Shown here: positions 1 to 13,946 of the stretch, piece by piece
Layout of the letters: every line of letters begins with the position of its first letter
Numbering within the stretch: the stretch's first letter is position 1
Assembly: GCA_012295275.1 (NCBI GenBank)
Contig: CM022671.1
Span: forward strand, 18,724,001-18,788,000
Direction of reading: 5' to 3'
Source: Chrysomallon squamiferum
Taxonomy: Eukaryota > Animalia > Mollusca
Length of the DNA: 64,000 bases
Translations under genes and position numbers: made by a program
The notes under the pieces: generated by a model
What the model saw: only the letters and a program-made list of their open reading frames with translations
Databases searched by the model: none
Told to the model about the DNA's origin: nothing

Positions 1-842
1 TTGTAGCTGCCGTTTCGTTTCTTGCAGATATACTTTTATAACCTATATCCTATTATGCATTACGCCAAAATATTCATATAATTGACTGGTATCACTGCGG
101 ATATGGCGCTACATCGAATGGAAATCCCTGAAAGGAAGTTGATTTTGGGCATTTTAATTTTCCCGATGATTCTATATACATTAGTGAAAATGGTTGAGTG
201 TTGTGAGAACGCCATAACGAAGAAGTGACAATAAAGACAGATTATAATTACGAATAATAATTGTTATCATGTGATAAATTTAAAATAGAAATGATGAAAC
301 AGACATGAAATTAAAATATGTGCAAATCTATTCGAATAATCATTTATAATAAAATGTTTTAATAATTAAACAATGCAAACCTCACATGAGACGATAATTG
401 TTATTAACAAGTTTGTTTTTTTTTTGTTTTTTTTAATACATTTATTTAGTTATTAAATTTATTATTAATCTTGTTTTGTTTCTTTTCCACTAAAACTGCT
501 TATCAGTTTCAAATGTTTGTCACATAATGCTTTAATTCACATATGAATGTCGCCAATCTCATTTTTGCAAGGTAAATATCTTCTGATAGAAAGGATTTTT
601 AGTTTTATTATTATTAACAAGTACACACATTCATAACATTTTAAATTTTATCATTGTAGCATCAATATTCAAAATAAAAATACATTTGACTAGATTCTTA
701 CAAGCTATAATTATAAATGTATAATATATTATATTTATGATATGATTTTTCTCCTCTTACAGCATATACCTGGATTGAATAAATTTGAATGTGATGAATT
801 AAATCAAAACATACTTGAGTAGATCATTGTATGTGGTGAACC

Positions 843-1475
843 ATGAATACCAGACAGTATGACGACCCGGCAGAAATGCCACACTTTCGTGAACGAAGAC
901 GATCATGAAGTTGTTTGAGACACATGTTTATACAAGCATCAGAATTTATGACAGTTATGTAAAAATGGCAGCAGAAATGGTTATTTATCTTTATGCTATA
1001 GAATGAGACAATTAAAAGACAACCAGTAAAGCAACTCTTAAAACACCACAGATGATATTTATAAAATTCAAATAAAGATTCAAATATTAATTCTTATTTT
1101 CACAACTGTACACTTTGGACTTTGGTGCTGTTTGTAATAAGACTTGGTTAAGTGACTGTAATTATTTGTTCCTATTACATACAACACTGCTAGTCATATT
1201 ATTCAGTACAACACTGACAATAATTAAAGTGCACTAATGTAATTGCAGCTTTTATGAATCAGAATATGTGTATGCTGTGACAACAGTAACATAAAGGATT
1301 TAAAATTATATTTTTTTATCAAGATTGAGTTGATTCATTTTTTTCTAATTTAAAAAACAGGTTAGTGTTATAACTGAAGTTTACATTTTATAAAACGATA
1401 GGTATTAAAGATGATTTTGATAATTAACCTTTTTAACAAGCTTTAAAATACTATTGAGTCGTAAATAATTATAAC

Positions 1476-1521
<46 letters not shown>

Positions 1522-1628
1522 TAAAGTATAATTTATTCCATTCCACATATATATATACAAAAATTTAATTTTTGTAGGACCGTGTTATAAATCTGGTTGT
1601 TGGTGCTTTTACTGCAGTAGTTGTGCTG
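843..1628 (+). pseudogene. Truncated, disabled duplicate of TMEM243 coding exons 1-2
   Basis: The exon-1 copy reads MNTRQYDDPAEMPHFRERRRS* (stop 906-908). The 63-bp deletion removes the donor site and PLFGE has become PHFRE. The exon-2 copy (1578-1628, DRVINLVVGAFTAVVVL) is intact. Exons 3-4 are absent because the duplication ends 56 bp before exon 3. Confidence 0.88.
1478..1518. repeat. (CA)n microsatellite
   Basis: Direct reading; the paralogous tract near 11740-11767 is shorter. Confidence 0.95.
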
Positions 1629-3175
1629 GTAAGTAATGTCTTGAATATTTACTAGATTCTTTCTGTTATTTCATGCAAATCATCTATAATAAATAAAAAA
1701 AAAAAAAAAAAAAACATGACAAAAACATTATACATGCTCATACATTAACATTTCAGTACCTAACACAAATGCTTGTAAAATGATTGTGCTAATTATCACA
1801 TTTTTAAACCAAAACAAATTTATCTTATTATTTTATATGGAAAATGACCCTCGTTTTAAGACTGCTGTTTTAGATTATAATCAGTAAAATATTTTCCAGT
1901 GATTGTTTTAACCTTTTAAAAATTACAGTATTAGCAAACTTCAATTTTCTGTTTAAAAGTTAAGCCATAATTAGTTATTTTATTATGACTGATCACCTTC
2001 ATTTAATCTGTAGAAATCTACAACAATGCATTTAAAATAAATAACCATGCAGGTACATTCAGTTTTCAGCAAAATAAGGTCAGCTAGATAAAATTAATGA
2101 AATAATGTGAGGTAACATAGAGTTAGCATAAATTAATCGGTCTTTTTATGAAAAAATAAGATGCCTCAATATTTTCTCATTAATTATTCATTTTTAGTTA
2201 GAAAGCGTTCATTCACATAATCTCAAGTAGATAAAATTTTGCTAATTGTTAGTTCAGATAAAATTGCAATCATAATAAAGAAATGTTAAAGTAAATAGGC
2301 CACATAAACAGACATTTTGAAGCCTGCTGAATAAAAAATAAATATAAATCTCAAACTTGTACTTCTGTCATTATTTCAAAATAGAGGCAACAGGATTGTT
2401 AGAAATGGGAATGCCAGAAAAAGGGAAACATAATAATAGAGTTTAAGAAAAATCAAAGCTTACTTGCAGGTAAACACACACGAACAGCATTTCACATTTT
2501 CATTATTGTGTAAAATGCATGCATTCATTTATGAAACAACATAAACATTATCATTTAAATTAATATCCTATGAATATGTTAATGAATTATCCATTAATGA
2601 TGATGATGGTGATCATGATGATCATGACAGATAAATAAAATAAAATTATAGTAGATGAGGTTGGAACATATCTTTATGAAAATTTTTAATTAGTACCATA
2701 AAAGGTCTTAATTATAATGGCATTTTTCATAAACATAATAATAAAAGTTGTACTTAATGATATCATTATAAAACATGTCAGTGTGAACTGAAAATTTTAG
2801 TATTGGCTTTAAAACCAATAATAATGTTAACTTTTATTAAATTGTTTCTGTTAACTATTATTATTATTGTTATTATCTTATTCATGTTGCTGTTTCTTAC
2901 TGTTTTTAAAAATAATGCCTTATCTGTGTTTACTTAAGAATCAGCTCTTCTGAAAATATAGCATTTAGGGCTTTTTAAATTAACTTTCAGATTTGGTAAT
3001 AACGTCGTGCTTAATCTGTTGGTTTCGTCTTTTCCTACAGCAACAACAGAAATCAGTAACTGTCACATTCCGCTGAAATGTTTGCACGTTTTCAAGCTTG
3101 AATATCTTAGAAGTCTTGGGGGAGTGGAAACGTTTAAATATTTGCGTGCGTGAGTTGTAGTAAACGTGTCTACAT

Positions 3176-3292
<117 letters not shown>

Positions 3293-3531
3293 AATACTAA
3301 ATAAAAAAAACAGGAAATACACAGGAAAAAACCAACTTCACTTTTTATTGAAAACATTTGTTTATTGTGTATATTTCAGTTTATGCACACTTGTACATGA
3401 TTTTGATTGTCGACCTTATTAAATTTACATTTGTATGTATGGTTGAATGTATGGACCTTATTAAATTTTCATTTGTTAGCATGTCTGAATATAAAATAAA
3501 TGATCGACCTCTGGGTAGATATCCAGAATTT

Positions 3532-6500
3532 TTAAATGTTATAAAGAATAACTGCAAACAGAGAAAACAGAGGCAGTAAGACATTCGGAAACATAGCTGG
3601 TGATGAATTGATGCTTCTTTCTATTTCTGCCATCCGAGCTCTCTTCTCGTAGTCCGGTAAACTGCAGTATGGATATTTGATTCCACTCATGAACTTTCCG
3701 TAAATAGTTTGAACAGATTTGCAATCGCCTGTGACAGGTTCCACATAGCATTTGATGAGCCGATCAAAAAAACTGAAAACAAATTTGACAAACTTCAGTT
3801 CATTGTTATAACAAACGGATTACTTTTCTAATATTAGTTAGTTATTACCCGCCGCAAACATAACTTTTCTCAGACGTTACCCATTGTCCAAATCTGTCTC
3901 TTATTTACATCATACATCAAATCGATTATACAAATACACCGATATTATTTTTACAATGTGATTGTATAATGTACAGATAACAGCATGCAGCGTAATAAAA
4001 CTCCTTCCAAATGAGGCATGGTCCACTTATGGAATATAACACAAATACAATTAAATATTACTGAATAAAATAACATGAAAACTATAATGTGTGATGGTAT
4101 ATTTCAATATTTAACCTTTTATAAAATTTGTTTCTTTTCTGTAAAACATTCCATGTAGTGGAACGGGATATAACATGCAAATGAAGTCAGTTAAAATGTG
4201 TCAGATGATTTTAAAATATTCACTTAGTTAAACCTATTATAACTGAAAAACAGCATTCGAAAATTAGTAAATTTTGAAGGACTAAAATACAAAACAAATA
4301 CAAAAAGGTAAAAGGAAAAAAAAGATAATGTTGAAATGCAAGGTAGTAACTCACGTACAAAGTACGTCATATGTGTACTTAACACTGTGGTAGGAGTTCT
4401 GCTGAAGGGTCCGGATCATGTCAGAGTTGGCACTGTATACGCAGGACGGTGCCGTACTAAATAAACTCTTCAGACATGTACTCTTTTCAGAAAATTCTGC
4501 ATTAGAAGATAAGTTAGTTTCATAGTATAAGAAAGTATTGCATTAATATATGTGTAAATAATTAACTAACTAAACTGATTAACTCACTAACTAACTAACT
4601 AAATAAATAAATAAGTAAATTAATAATAAAAGACGTACAGAAAGATTGTTTATTGTCTTTAACGACATATAATCATCAATTAAAACTATATTTACTATTC
4701 TGATAAGTAAATCACGTTTTCCTTTCACTGCTATCAAACATACACGCGCATGTGCACCATTTTCCTAGAAACTAATGAACCTATTTACAACACAAACCTA
4801 TGCCTGTCCACGTATCATAAGAAGTATTACATATATTACTAATACTAAATACAGTCATTGTACACAGTTTTATCACCAGTAATCATACAAAACAAGAAAC
4901 ATCTGAAATACAAAGTCATTCAAGTTGAAATGTTAGCTAGTTCATACAGTCTAACGCTGTCTTTGTCTATCTCTGTCTCTGTCTGTCTCTGTCTTTGTCT
5001 ATCTCTGTCTGTGTATATCTCTGTCTCTGTCTATCTCTGTCTCTGTCTCTCTGTTTCTCTCTTTGTGTCTTAATATTCAAGAAAATATTGTCTGGTGTCA
5101 AATATTTCCAGTGTACACTTGTTAAAAATGTATAAAATTATATTTTTTACTTTGGCGATATAAACAGAATATTTTGTAATCAGTACCTTTACTATTGTCA
5201 CATAAATACTGTAGACTCTCTCGCCATTTAGTTACGTTTAAGAGGAGGTCTAGCAGTTTTCTCTCTTTTGGATTATCACGACATTCGTTAATAGGCCCCT
5301 CCATGCAGTCAACTACAGACTTCATTGATGATCTCAAATACAAAATATTTACGTTCATTAAATACAAAACACAGACACAGTGTCTGTAATGGATGTACAT
5401 ATATATATGGTACGACAAAAACGAGCCATGACTAAACAGTACTGAAATAATGTGTGTTTGTGAAAACATATAGAAAAACCGAAGAAGGATGAATGTAAAT
5501 TCGGTTTTACCAAGTAATTTCAAAATAATACTATTAATAATTAAGATTGTTTTCTGGGTTTTTTAAATTATAAGCTTAACTGTAAGAAATATATAAAGTT
5601 TATGAACAATTAAGAACAATCAGCTTTTGAGTAATACACTTTTAAAAACAGGCAAATTTGCTGTTACATTTCACATACTGTTGTAGTCACCTATTTTATT
5701 CATATATTCATTCATGTATTTAATGACTGTTCGTCTAACATATTTCCCAAAAGCTATAATTATTAGAATTACCTGCACAATGTCATGCTATCGTAAAGAG
5801 AAAGCTCGTGAGAGTAGAGTGGCGAGTTGGACATGCATTTCTGTATCTCAGAGTTGGCACTGCTGAAGTCACAGTAGCCATAAACCAGACTCACTGGAAG
5901 AAAAACCAATAAATTGAAAGAATGTATAAAAATTTACATCTACGGTTGTTACTGTGGTTTCAGCTGACATTGCCACAGCGATTAATAATAGTTATATAAT
6001 GGTTGCATAATAGAAAGATACAGATTTGAGGAAAATGACAGCTGCTAAGACTATGGTTGTTGCAAAATAGTTAGAAATTACGACATTAGTTCTAAAGTAA
6101 ATAAAACCTTTAAAGCAGTGGTCAGAAATTATTGTGTTATACCGTGGATAGAATGTACAAAGTTAGTTCAAAAGAGGTTAAAAGTGGTAACGCAATGATG
6201 AGAAATTACGAAGTTAATTTTAAGAATGATTAAATCTAGTGGTACAACTATTAAAAATTACGGAAACTTCTCTTTATGACCAACACGTTCATGATTATAA
6301 TGGAAGGTTTCATATATACCGATGATTAAAATGTACAGAACCTCTTGGATTGCAGTAAGCTCGAAATCACCACTGTTAGTATTATGCATTTTCTAATGAA
6401 CTAGAGTATATTACATTTATATGTGCTGAAATTCATATTAGTTTACATATGTGACTATCATTTTCCAAAGAGCGTGAGCAAAAATAAAGGTGCTTCGGAT

Positions 6501-7808
6501 TTATTCTTATAACACATGTGTTATGAATAAGTATGTTTGTTTTCAGCTAACTCGGAACTTATCAGTCCAAACGACACATAACATATCTATCCTGTAGATT
6601 TGACCACCAAGTGAAACAGAAATTGTCGTCCAGCCAAAATAATAAGCTTATATTTGTATATGAGCAACAGTATTTAATTATTGAACACAGTTGCCTAATA
6701 ATGGCCACCAACTCCACAGTCCCACCCGTGTCTTACTCCTCTTTGTTCTTTGTTGTCTCCTTCGTCTCCCTGGGCTCTTTAGTCTTTTACTTAAACACGT
6801 CGCGGACATCCCTGAAGTCAGCCGAGCGTAGCTGACAAAAATACTTTATGTCTCTCGCTAATGATCGTTAATTGTTAGGCCATTTCAGTTACTGGATTAC
6901 TGTTAACTAACAGTAGATATTTAATTAATACATATTGTTAGGTACATTTATAGAAATGAATGGTTAACATATTTACTTACTTTAATGATGCATACAGGTT
7001 AATTACGGAATGTTAAACTGTATTAAAGAAAGGTGTTTAGGTAAATATTAAATATGTTACGGATATTTTTAAAAACTGTACCTTAAAAGTAAAACAATAT
7101 AAAATATTATAATAAGTTAAAAAAATAGCTACCAGCAGATTCTACAAGTGGGTAGGTATAAACTAAACTGCGATCCGTTTCTTAGTAAATAAGTTAGGAT
7201 CAATTTTCTAAATTAAAGAAACACAGAAAACAGTAGGCCTACTACATCTAAATATCGCTGAGGAAACTGTCCACAGCTTGAACGAGGTCCTATTAGGGTT
7301 TTGCTAAGGGCCGTACTACGTAAGTTAAGAAAAAAACAAAAACTGTTTAACGTCATATATATCCATAATTATTATAATGGGAAACAAAAAAAGAAGAAAA
7401 TATCTATGAACACAAAACGGATTTTACAAATGTGGACCTAGCTACTGAAATCTGTAACAGAATGTGATAAATAAATTCTTAAGAAAAAAAAAAAAAAAAA
7501 AAAAAAAAAGAACAGAGTAAAGACATTTAACACTATCTTCACTAATTTGTCCGATAAAATTAACATCAATTTTTAATAATGTTGGATTATGATGATCATT
7601 AGTACCGATGTTGATAATTTACATTTCATGAGACTAATAGGTGAGATTTACTTAAATAAAAAATCTTGTTTGTATGAAAAAATAATTTTAGATTTAATGA
7701 CTTATATTGTCTTTTTCTTCTCAGAGTCAAAATTTGACATGGTAAATAACTAAATAAAAAAATAAACCGTCAGTTTAAATGGAAGTATTGTTAGGCTGTA
7801 TTAAAATA

Positions 7809-7878
<70 letters not shown>

Positions 7879-8440
7879 GTGTACACGGAATACTTAAATA
7901 ATAACAATCTATTTACCGAAATTATCAACTTCTACAGTGAAAACGAGAAATGTTCGGTAATGAAAATAGTCTTTAAATCTCGTTTCTAAGAAAGAATGAA
8001 AAGTGCCAAAGCTGGAACATTTTGTGTATGTGATTCCTTTTAGTAATGGAATCAAATCTTTGTAAGGAAAAAACTAAAACTAAAACTAAAAACAGCTGAG
8101 CTAGATAAGATCCGAGTAGTTTGAAAATATCGGACAACCGAGTTTGTTTCTCTGCTCGTCTAAACCATTGTTCATATAGGAGTACCTTTTCTGAAAACCA
8201 CAGTTGGATAGGAGTACCTTTTCTGAAAATCTACTCGTGGAACACAATTAACTTATTTTAAAGATTTATCATTACTACTTTTTTCAAAATGAAATTTTAT
8301 ATACTTGTATATTTCAGATCTTAAGTGATATGACCTTTTGAGAATTAATCAATCAGTTTCAGATCTTTTGGTCCTCAAAAGGCGAACGAAATAGACTGTC
8401 ATGTTTTTATTCCGGGTATGCATTTTTGATTATATATATA

Positions 8441-8472
<32 letters not shown>

Positions 8473-8645
8473 GTGTGTGTGTGAGTTTCCAGTATCTACA
8501 TATTTAACTATTTGAATTTTCATAAACACGCTAAAACGTAAAAGATTAATTTGAACCAAAAGAATATTTTCAAAACATTAAGCTATTATTTACCTGTTGC
8601 CAAAGGAATAACAAATAGCACTGTTAAGATCGTGAATCTTCCCAT
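3532..8645 (-). CDS. Uncharacterised secreted, putatively GPI-anchored cysteine-rich protein (233 aa, 5 exons)
   Basis: Exons 8645-8594, 5893-5773, 5332-5187, 4496-4355, 3772-3532. All introns are GT-AG with phases 1,2,1,2; 702 nt open. N-terminus MGRFTILTVLFVIPLATVSLVYG is signal-peptide-like; 12 Cys, three in each of exons 2-5; C-terminus INSSPAMFPNVLLPLFSLFAVILYNI* resembles a GPI signal. Confidence 0.85.
4957..5070. repeat. Degenerate (TCTGTC/TCTC)n simple repeat
   Basis: Direct reading; lies in intron 3 of the GPI-protein gene. Confidence 0.85.
7823..7877. repeat. (AAT)n microsatellite
   Basis: Direct reading. Confidence 0.95.
8176..8229. repeat. 22-bp direct repeat pair ATAGGAGTACCTTTTCTGAAAA
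   Basis: Identical copies at 8176-8197 and 8208-8229 with a 10-nt spacer. Confidence 0.85.
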
Positions 8646-10189
8646 ATTAAATAGATTATTATGAGTTAATTCCTGTATGGTCTCGATGAATTGCAAGCCC
8701 TCTCCGAAATGCAAATATTTGTCTTCCTTGTGGAATATAATTTCACTCTAATTATGCGCCGGTGTTATTTCATACTTAAATGTGTGCAGCATGAAATGCC
8801 GGATAACGAGGAACTTGAATACAAAACATGATTGGCTTAACTTTAAAAATGCATCCTTGACATCTAAGAATTTTTCCAAAAATAGTTCGGCAAGAGTCAC
8901 TCCTCCACGAAGGTTCCATTTACGTTTAAACTGTTTAACAAAATTATGGTTAATTTCCTTCAGTATTCATACGTATGTTTTACTTTATAACAGGATAAAT
9001 TTATCCTTTTGTTTTTGGATTATGTTTGTTCAATGCATCAAAATGTGATTTCAAATAGTGTTGTTTTCATTACAAAGCGACAGGGCATATGCAACTAAAA
9101 CATGTCCCAGGTTTATCACTTTATTTTAATTTATTTGTAAGCAACAGTCATTTACAAAAACGTGCTAAACTTTTTTCGTTAAGTATCTAGATCGGCCTCT
9201 CTCGCTCGACCCGTTTGGATTACAGTCAATTCTTTGTTTCTGCGCAGTTGTACTCTATACTGGATTATCTTGGAAAAACTGGTTTATACATGATTATATG
9301 TTTTTTTTTTGTAACGTGTTTTTTAATAAGAAAAACGTATTTATAAATGACAAATATTGTAAAATACAAAATAAAAGAGAATGCAAAGAAATTGTTTTGT
9401 AAAGTGTATTTATCTTGGAGATCAGACAATTACTTTAATGCCTTTGGCTTGAGTTACAGCCTTTATCGACTCCTTTAGCTTAAATGCTTATATATATCTA
9501 TATATATATATTTCTTCGTTTCGCTCAGTTTTGCATAATCTTTATAATACTTCTTTCTTATTATTACTATTGTTATTCTATGATGACCATCATGATGATA
9601 ATGATTAAGAAGGGTAACGTAAAAGACACAACTATCACTATTTTTATTAATATGTGATATAATATCAGTAATTATCATCTCTGAACATTCCAAAGATGTT
9701 TTTATCATTAAACAGAACACAATTTATCAGCCAAGGGTACGTGAACTCAACAGTCATGTTCAAACTTGTTACAGGAATTTAGTGGTAAAAGAAAAACAGC
9801 AGAAAGACACAAGCACTGACATACACTGTTCTCCTTTGTACTAAATGTTGACTTTTCTGATGACAAAGCCCTTCTGTCTCATACTCTCAGTGACATCAAC
9901 AAACAGTTAGGGCTGAAAATATACACAAGTCACAAACAGACAAAAAAGAAAAAAAATATGTTTAGAAAAAATTTATGTCAATCTATTTTGATAATAGACA
10001 TAGACATGTTTATGTAAGTATAGACTACATAGTACACACATAAATATATACATATGTATGTATATCACTATTTAGGATGGAAGTAGCATTGATGTACGAA
10101 TAAAAATGAACTTTTTTAAATAAAAAAAAATTAATAATGAAAATTAATGACAAACTGAAATAAACTATATTGCGATGAGAGTTTTATTC

Positions 10190-13100
10190 TTGTAGCTGCC
10201 GTTTCGTTTCTTGCAGATATACTTTTATAACCTATATCCTATTATGCATTACGCCAAAATATTCATATAATTGACTGGTATCACTGCGGATATGGCGCTG
10301 CATCGAATGGAAATCCCTGAAAGGAAGTTCATTTTGGGCATTTTAATTTTCCCGATGATTCTATATACATTAGTGAAAATGGTTGAGTGTTGTGAGAACG
10401 CCATAACGAAGAAGTGACAGTAAAGACAGATTATAATTACGAATAATAAGTGTTATCATGTGATAAATTTAAAATAGAAATGATGAAACAAACATGAAAT
10501 TAAAATATGTGCAAATCTATTCGAATAATCATTTATAATAAAATGTTTTAATAATTAAACAATGCAAACCTCACATGAGACGATAATTGTTATTAACAAG
10601 TTTTTTTTAATTTTTTTTTTTAATATTATTTATTTAGTTATTAAATTTATTATTATTATTTTTTTATTATTAATCTTGTTTTGTTTCTTTTCCACTAAAA
10701 CTGCTTATCAGTTTCAAATGTTTGTCACATAATGCTTTAATTCACATATGAATGTCGCCAATCTCATTTTTGCAAGGTAAATATCTTCTGATAGAAAGGA
10801 TTTTTAGTTTTATTATTATTAACACGTACACACATTCATAAAATTTTATATTTTATCATTGTAGCATCAGTATTCAAAATAAAAATACATTTGACTAGAT
10901 TCTTACAAGCTATAATTATAAATGTATATTATATTTATGATATGATTTTTCTCATTTTACAGCATATACCTGGATTGAATAAATTTGAATGTGATGAATT
11001 AAATCAAAACATACTTGAGTAGATCATTGTATGTGGTGAACCATGAATACCAGACAGTATGATGACCCGTCAGAAATGCCACTCTTTGGTGAACGAAGAC
11101 CAATGGTTAGCTCATAAAGATACTGTCACATGAACATTCAATTTTTGTTGCAGTGTCTTAACGGATCATGAAGTTGTTTGAGACACATGTTTATACATGC
11201 ATCAGAATTTATGACAGTTATGTAAAAATGGCAGCAGAAATGGTTATTTATCTTTATGCTATAGAATGAGACAATTAAAAGACAACCAGTAAAGCAACTC
11301 TTAAAACACCACAGATGATATTTATAAAATTCAAATAAAGATTCAAATATTAATTCTTATTTTCACAACTGTACACTTTGGACTTTGGTGCTGTTTGTAA
11401 TAAGACTTGGTTAAGTGACTGTAATTATTTGTTCCTATTACATACAACACTGCTAGTCATATTATTCAGTACAACACTGACAATAATTAAAGTGCACTAA
11501 TGTAATTGCATTTATGACTCAGAATATGTGTATGCTGTGACAACAGTAACATAAAGGATTTAAAATTATATTTTTTTATCAAGATTGAGTTGATTCATTT
11601 TTTTTCTAATTTAAAAAACAGGTTAGTGTTATAACTGAAGTTTACATTTTATAAAAGGATAGGTATTAAAGATGATTTTGATAATTAACCTTTTTAACAA
11701 GCTTTAAAAAACTATTGAGTCGTAAATAATTATAACCGCACATACACCCACACACACACACACACACTAAAGTATAATTTATTCCATTCCACATATATAT
11801 AGAAAAATTTTGTTTTTGTAGGACCGTGTTATAAATCTGGTTGTTGGTGCTTTTACTGCAGTAGTTGTGCTGGTAAGTAATGTCTTGAATATTTACTAGA
11901 TTCTTTCTGTTATTTCATGCAAATCATCTATAATAAAAAAAAAAAAAAAAAAAACAAGAACAATCTGCTCATACATTAACATTTCAGTACCTAACACAAA
12001 AGCTTGTAAAATGATTGTGCTAATTATCACATTTTTAAACCAAAACAAATTTATCTTATTATTTTATATGGAAAATGACTGCTGTTTTAGATTATAATCA
12101 GTAAAATATTTTCCAGTGATTGTTTTTAACCTTTTAAAACATCACAGTATTAGCAAACTTCAATTTTCTGTTTAAAAGTTAAGCCATAATTAGTTATTTT
12201 TATTATGACTGATCACCTTAATTTAATCTGTAGAAACCTACAACAATGCATTTAAAATAAATAACCATGCAGGTACAGTTTTCAGCAAAATAAGGTCAGC
12301 TAGATAAAATTAATGAAATAATGTGAGGTAACATAGAGTTAGCACAAATTAATCGGTCTTTTTATGAAAAAATAAGATGCCTCAATATTTTCTTATTAAT
12401 TATTCATTTTTAGTTAGAAAGCGTTCATTCACATAATCTCAAGTAGATAAAATTTTGCTAATTGTTAGTTCAGATAAAATTGCAATCATAATAAAGAAAT
12501 GTTAAAGTAAATAGGCCACATAAACAGACATTTTGAAGCCTGCTGAATAAAAAATAAATATAAATCTCAAACTTGTACTTCTGTCATTATTTCAAAATAG
12601 AGGCAACAGGATTGTTAGAAATGGGAATGCCAGAAAAAGGGAAACATAATAATAGAGTTTAAGAAAAATCAAAGCTTACTTGCAGGTAAACACACACGAA
12701 CAGCATTTCACATTTTCATTATTGTGTAAAATGCATGCATTTGTTTATGAAACAACATAAACATTATCATTTAAATTAATATCCTATGAATATGATAATG
12801 AATTATCCATTAATGATGATGATGGTGATCATGATGATCATGACAAATAAATAAAATAAAATTATAGTAGATGAGTTTGGAACATCTCTTGATGACAAAT
12901 TTTAATCAGGACCATAAAAGGTCTTAATATATAATGGCGTTTTTCATAAACATAATAATAACAGTTGTATTTAATGATATCATTATAAAACATGTCAGTG
13001 TGAACTGAAAATTTTAGTATTGGCTTTAAAACCAATAATAATGTTACGAGTTTTATTAAATTGTTTCTGTTAACTATTATTATTATTGTTATTATCTTAT

Positions 13101-13222
13101 TCATGTCGCTGTTTCTTACTGTTTTTAAAAATAATGCCTTATCTGTGTTTACTTAAGAATCAGCTCTTCTGAAAATATAGCATTTAGGGCTTGTTAAATT
13201 AACTTTCAGATTTGGTAATAAC
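10190..13222. repeat. Segmental duplication, copy 2 (holds the functional TMEM243 5' half)
   Basis: Colinear with 1-3003 and retains the exon-1 donor. Confidence 0.97.
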
Positions 13223-13946
13223 ATGGTAGACTGATACTTTAAAATTCAGAAATTCTAATAAACTGTGTCTCTTTACAGGTAACCCTGATCAGTGCAATTG
13301 CTTTTCAGTGGCCACCAAATGGAGTTGACATCTTCTTTGCTTGTGTTATTGTCCTTACATGTGCATCTCATTTGTTTTTGGTAATTTTATCTTTTATAAC
13401 AGTTACAATATCAAGTAAACTGGAATCAGTTTCAGAAGATCTAAAGTTAATGTGTTAGTCAGAGCAAGGGGTTGAGAGGCACACCTGTCCTCTCTGACCA
13501 GTTCTGTTGTTATACATTATTATTAATTAAGTTTGAACAGCAAAACCAAGAATATATTTTGACTTTAATGAGATTCAGATTTACTTTAGAAATAATCAGT
13601 TATATATATTCAAAATTCCTATTAAGGATTTATGCTTCCTGATCAATGGCCAAGAATTGCTTGGCTAGTTTATTACAATAGGAAAACATGTAATAGTATT
13701 ATAAATGTTTTTGGTTTTTTTTTTTTTAAAGTAATTATTAGACAGATACATTTTAATTTAATTTAGGCTTGATTTATTTTACTGATATTAGATATATTAT
13801 GTTTATTTTTACAGATTTACTGGTATCGTCAAGGAGATTTAGAGCCAAGGTTTCGAACTATGATTTTCTACAATGCTTTTACAATTATTCTTCTTTGTGT
13901 TTGTGGAAATTTGTATATCCATGGTCTAGGCTGTCCAAGTACATAG
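11043..13946 (+). CDS. TMEM243: Transmembrane protein 243 (C7orf23 family), 115 aa, 4 coding exons
   Basis: Exons 11043-11105 (MNTRQYDDPSEMPLFGERRPM), 11822-11872 (DRVINLVVGAFTAVVVL), 13279-13380 (VTLISAIAFQWPPNGVDIFFACVIVLTCASHLFL), 13815-13946 (IYWYRQGDLEPRFRTMIFYNAFTIILLCVCGNLYIHGLGCPST*). All introns are phase-0 GT-AG. Matches recalled human motifs PLFGE, DRIINLVVG, VTLISA and IYWYRQGDLEPKFR. Confidence 0.95.

Larger units (their letters stand above)
1..3003. repeat. Segmental duplication, copy 1 (paralog of 10190-13222; probably extends left of the window)
   Basis: Base 1 'ttgtagctgccgtttcg' = 10190. The two copies are colinear and near-identical until 'atttggtaataac' (3003 = 13222). 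They differ by scattered substitutions, microsatellite lengths and a 63-bp segment (11101-11163) absent from copy 1. Confidence 0.97.

Noticed and set aside
13271-13290. AG|GT recursive-splice-like sites at several exon starts (13279, 31407, 54885)
   Set aside because: Explained by Val or Gly codons at exon starts; the introns are short.
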